Origin: Methanothrix sp.
Lineage (GTDB): Archaea; Halobacteriota; Methanosarcinia; Methanotrichales; Methanotrichaceae
DNA: 64,000 nt
Direction of reading: 5' to 3'
NCBI GenBank assembly: GCA_040770465.1
Contig: JAXGJB010000003.1
Span: 32,001 to 96,000, forward strand
This document shows positions 61,140-64,000 of this stretch, in pieces; position 1 is the stretch's first letter; the number at the start of each line of letters is the position of its first letter. The translations under genes were made by a program, and so were the position numbers. The notes under the pieces were generated by a model that saw nothing but the letters and a program-made list of their open reading frames with translations, did not search any database and was not told the origin of the DNA.

Positions 61140-62558
61140 TCAGCGGACGCTTTTCGCGCCCGCCTCCAGGATCTCCAGGTTCAGAGGTATCAGCTTCGGC
61201 TTCTTGGCGAAGGTCCGCTTGAAAGCTCCGCCGAAGGCATCCCTTGGAAGGCCCAGGTCCCCTTTCTCCATCAGCGCCCCGAACATCGCGGTGTTGGTGG
61301 CCTGTTCCACCCCTTTTGAGAGGGCGATCTCCGTCGCAGGGACCGCGATCGCCGCGACCCCCTCCGGCGGCTCGAAGGCTCCGGCCTGGGAGTCGTAGAG
61401 GATCAGGCCGCCCTTCTTGACATCCGTTGCGAACTTCTCCAGGGACGGCCGGTTGAAGGCTACGAGGACGTCGGGGTTGTCGACCACCGGGGAGCCTATA
61501 GGCTCTCCGGATATGACGACGGAGCAGTTCGAGGTTCCCCCCCTCTGCTCCGGACCGTAGTCGGGGTACCAGGAGACGAACCTGCCGGACCGATAGGCAG
61601 CCTGGGCGAGGGCGAGCCCCATGCTCAGGACCCCCTGGCCGCCGAAGCCCGCTATCTTGACCCCCTTGACCTCGAAGCCGGGGTCGGTCAGTACCTCGAT
61701 CAACTCCTCTCCGGCGAGGCCGAAGATCCCGTCCAGGGAGTCCTTCGAGAAGTCGCTATCCATCCTCTCGATCGGCTCCGTCTCGCCGGATCGGTCCCTG
61801 AACCTCTTCAACGGGAACTCCCGTTCCATCTCCTCGTTTATGAACCGCTCAATCCCCCTCACGTCCATCCGCAGGATGGTGGGGCAGGGGGATAGGAACT
61901 CGACGAAGGCGTACCCCTTCTTGTCCCTCTGGATCTCAAGGGCCTTCCTCACGGCCCGACGGGCTTTCCGGATATGGTTTATGTTCGAGAGGGAGACCCG
62001 CTCGATGAAGACGGGTGCCTTCAGGGTGTCGAGAAGCTCGCAGATGTGGATCGGGTAGCCGGAGTCCCGGGGATCTCGTCCTGCCGGGGTCGTCGCCGTC
62101 ACCTCTCCCACCAGGGTCGTCGGGGCCATCTGGCCTCCGGTCATCCCGTAGACGGTGTTGTTGACGAAGAAGACCGCCATCTTCTCGCCCCGGTTTGCGG
62201 CCTGGACCGTCTCGTTGAGGCCGATGGAGGCGAGGTCGCCGTCCCCCTGGTAGGAGATGGGGATGGCGTCGTCCTCGGCCCGGGATATCCCGGTGGCTAT
62301 GGCAGGAGCCCTTCCGTGAGCCGCCTGGACGTGGCCGCAGTCGAGGTAGTAGTAGGCGAAGACAGAGCAGCCCACGGGGCTCATCACGACGCACCGGTCC
62401 TGGATTCCGAGGTCGGCCATGGTGTCGGCGATGATCTTGTGCAGGATCCCGTGGCCGCAGCCGGGACAGTAGTGGGTGGCCGTCGGGGCGGAGCCCCCTT
62501 TCCTCTCGAAGACGTCATAAAATCCGCCGGGTCCGATCACCTTCTCTTTTGCAGCCAT
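61140..62558 (-). CDS. vorA: 2-oxoisovalerate:ferredoxin oxidoreductase subunit VorA (beta+gamma fusion)
   Basis: [31 protein letters not shown] (TPP binding), SPCP; gamma part [15 protein letters not shown]. Confidence 0.9.
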   Translation of the reverse strand: MAAKEKVIGPGGFYDVFERKGGSAPTATHYCPGCGHGILHKIIADTMADLGIQDRCVVMSPVGCSVFAYYYLDCGHVQAAHGRAPAIATGISRAEDDAIPISYQGDGDLASIGLNETVQAANRGEKMAVFFVNNTVYGMTGGQMAPTTLVGEVTATTPAGRDPRDSGYPIHICELLDTLKAPVFIERVSLSNINHIRKARRAVRKALEIQRDKKGYAFVEFLSPCPTILRMDVRGIERFINEEMEREFPLKRFRDRSGETEPIERMDSDFSKDSLDGIFGLAGEELIEVLTDPGFEVKGVKIAGFGGQGVLSMGLALAQAAYRSGRFVSWYPDYGPEQRGGTSNCSVVISGEPIGSPVVDNPDVLVAFNRPSLEKFATDVKKGGLILYDSQAGAFEPPEGVAAIAVPATEIALSKGVEQATNTAMFGALMEKGDLGLPRDAFGGAFKRTFAKKPKLIPLNLEILEAGAKSVR

Positions 62559-63602
62559 TTATGCCACCTCCCTTATCTTCTCGGTAATCTGGTCGCGACC
62601 GATGAGGTTTCCTCCGAACCTCGAGACGAGGGCGACGTCTTTGCATCCGGTCGCAAGCCTTATGTCCTCTCTCATCTGGCCGTCGCTCATCTCGACGGAG
62701 ATGAAGCTGCAACCCCTCTCGGCGAGGGACTTCAGCTCTTCAGCCGGGAAGGGGAAGAGGGTTATCGGCCGAAACAGCCCCGCCTTGATATTCTCTCCTC
62801 TTGTGGCGTCGACGGCGGACTTTGCGATCCTGCTGCTGATCCCGTAGGAGACGAGGATCACGTCGGCGTCCTCACACCTGTACTCATCGAACTCGCCCTC
62901 ATCCTCTCGGATCCGATCGTACTTCGCCTGGAGCTTGAGGTTATGCTCCTCCAGCTCTCGGAAGTCTAGGTCGATGGAGGTGACAAGGTTTCTCCTCGTC
63001 TCTTTGTTGCCGCAGACGGCCCAGGAGGTGTCGATCTTCGGCACGACGGCAGTCTCGGGGAAGTTGAGAGGCTCGATCATGTGGCCCAGGACCCCGTCGG
63101 CCAGGATGATCGCCGGGTTTCTGTACTTGAAGGCGAGGCCGAAGGCCTTGATGGTGAAGTCGCACATCTCCTGGACGGAGTTTGGGGCGAGGACGATGTT
63201 CCGGTAGCATCCGTGCCCTCCGCCCTTGACCGCCTGGTTGTAGTCGGACTGCTCGGGCCCGATGTTTCCAAGGCCGGGTCCGGCTCTCGCGATGTCCACG
63301 ATGACGCAGGGTAGCTCCGCTCCGGCGATGTAGGATATCCCCTCCTGCTTGAGGCTCATGCCGGGGCCTGAGGAGGCTGCGAGAACCCGGTGGCCCGTGG
63401 ACGCCGCCCCGTAGACCATGTTTATGGCCGCCTCCTCCGACTCCGCCTGGACGAACTTTCGGCCCACCTTCGGGAAGTACTTTGAGGCCTCATGGAGTAT
63501 CTCGCTGGCGGGGGTTATGGGGTAACCGAAGAAACAGTCGCACCCGGCGTACATCGCTCCGACGACCACGGCGGTGTTTCCGTCAACTAGTTGGGCAGGC
63601 AT
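62559..63602 (-). CDS. vorB: 2-oxoisovalerate:ferredoxin oxidoreductase subunit VorB (alpha-type)
   Basis: [46 protein letters not shown]. Confidence 0.9.
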   Translation of the reverse strand: MPAQLVDGNTAVVVGAMYAGCDCFFGYPITPASEILHEASKYFPKVGRKFVQAESEEAAINMVYGAASTGHRVLAASSGPGMSLKQEGISYIAGAELPCVIVDIARAGPGLGNIGPEQSDYNQAVKGGGHGCYRNIVLAPNSVQEMCDFTIKAFGLAFKYRNPAIILADGVLGHMIEPLNFPETAVVPKIDTSWAVCGNKETRRNLVTSIDLDFRELEEHNLKLQAKYDRIREDEGEFDEYRCEDADVILVSYGISSRIAKSAVDATRGENIKAGLFRPITLFPFPAEELKSLAERGCSFISVEMSDGQMREDIRLATGCKDVALVSRFGGNLIGRDQITEKIREVA

Positions 63603-63605
63603 ATC

Positions 63606-64000
63606 TCACACCTCCTCCTCGAACTTCTCCTTTGTCGGTATGTGTACCTCGATGGCGAAGGGTTCAGGACAGGTATAATAGCAGTTTCCGCATCCGGTGC
63701 AGCCCTCCCCCGAATAGACGGCGAAATGGTAGCCCCGGGAGTTCAGCTCGTCCCCGAGCGAAAGGACGTTGGCGGGACAGGCGACGATGCACCTCTCGCA
63801 GGCCTTGCACTCCAGGGCGTTTATGACCGGGTAGGGTTTGTCCTTCTCCCTGATCTCGACCCTTCTTATCTTGCCGCTGATCGTCTTCGGAAGCTCCTCC
63901 GTGAACTCGACGATCCTCGGGTACTTGTAGGGGGCGGTGATCTTCTTGACGTGGTTTTGAAGCTCAGCCTTCAGCTCTTCCGACGGGGCGTATCCCTTCG
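63606..64000 (-). CDS. C-terminus of an AMP-forming acyl-CoA synthetase fused to a 2x[4Fe-4S] ferredoxin (VorC-like); gene starts beyond the window
   Basis: Hand translation from 63998: [75 protein letters not shown]...[31 protein letters not shown]. Not in the ORF track. Confidence 0.88.
   Translation of the reverse strand, partial: KGYAPSEELKAELQNHVKKITAPYKYPRIVEFTEELPKTISGKIRRVEIREKDKPYPVINALECKACERCIVACPANVLSLGDELNSRGYHFAVYSGEGCTGCGNCYYTCPEPFAIEVHIPTKEKFEEEV

Overview
GC-rich chromosomal segment of a methanogenic archaeon, most likely Methanothrix/Methanosaeta (Methanotrichales). The lineage is inferred from the archaeal PoK/PPS coenzyme A pathway, Fae-Hps, PurP, NpdG, the Vor operon, an intron-containing tRNA-Met and many lineage-typical secreted proteins. 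Housekeeping genes (uvrA with a frameshift, pps-pok-coaBC, pyrG, tsr3, valS, cyaB, trm1, purP, vorAB) alternate with secreted or cell-surface genes and a few AT-rich insertions: a pentapeptide-repeat pseudogene with a membrane protein, a SIR2-domain gene with a truncated ATPase, and a methyltransferase. Most notable observations: (1) an acyl-CoA synthetase C-terminus fused in frame to the 2x[4Fe-4S] VorC-type ferredoxin at the window end; (2) a two-gene locus of secreted Asn/Gln/Cys repeat proteins resembling amyloid sheath proteins; (3) a cluster of secreted enzymes sharing one Ig-like module and many CxxC motifs, next to a thioredoxin-CcdA gene; (4) an unannotated papain-like Cys-His-Asp triad in a large secreted protein; (5) a ThiC paralog with BzaF/BzaB-type signatures; (6) a degenerate HisB; (7) a candidate structured sRNA; (8) three apparent non-canonical start codons (CTG, CTG, ATA). 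All calls come from reading motifs by eye; no database searches were run.
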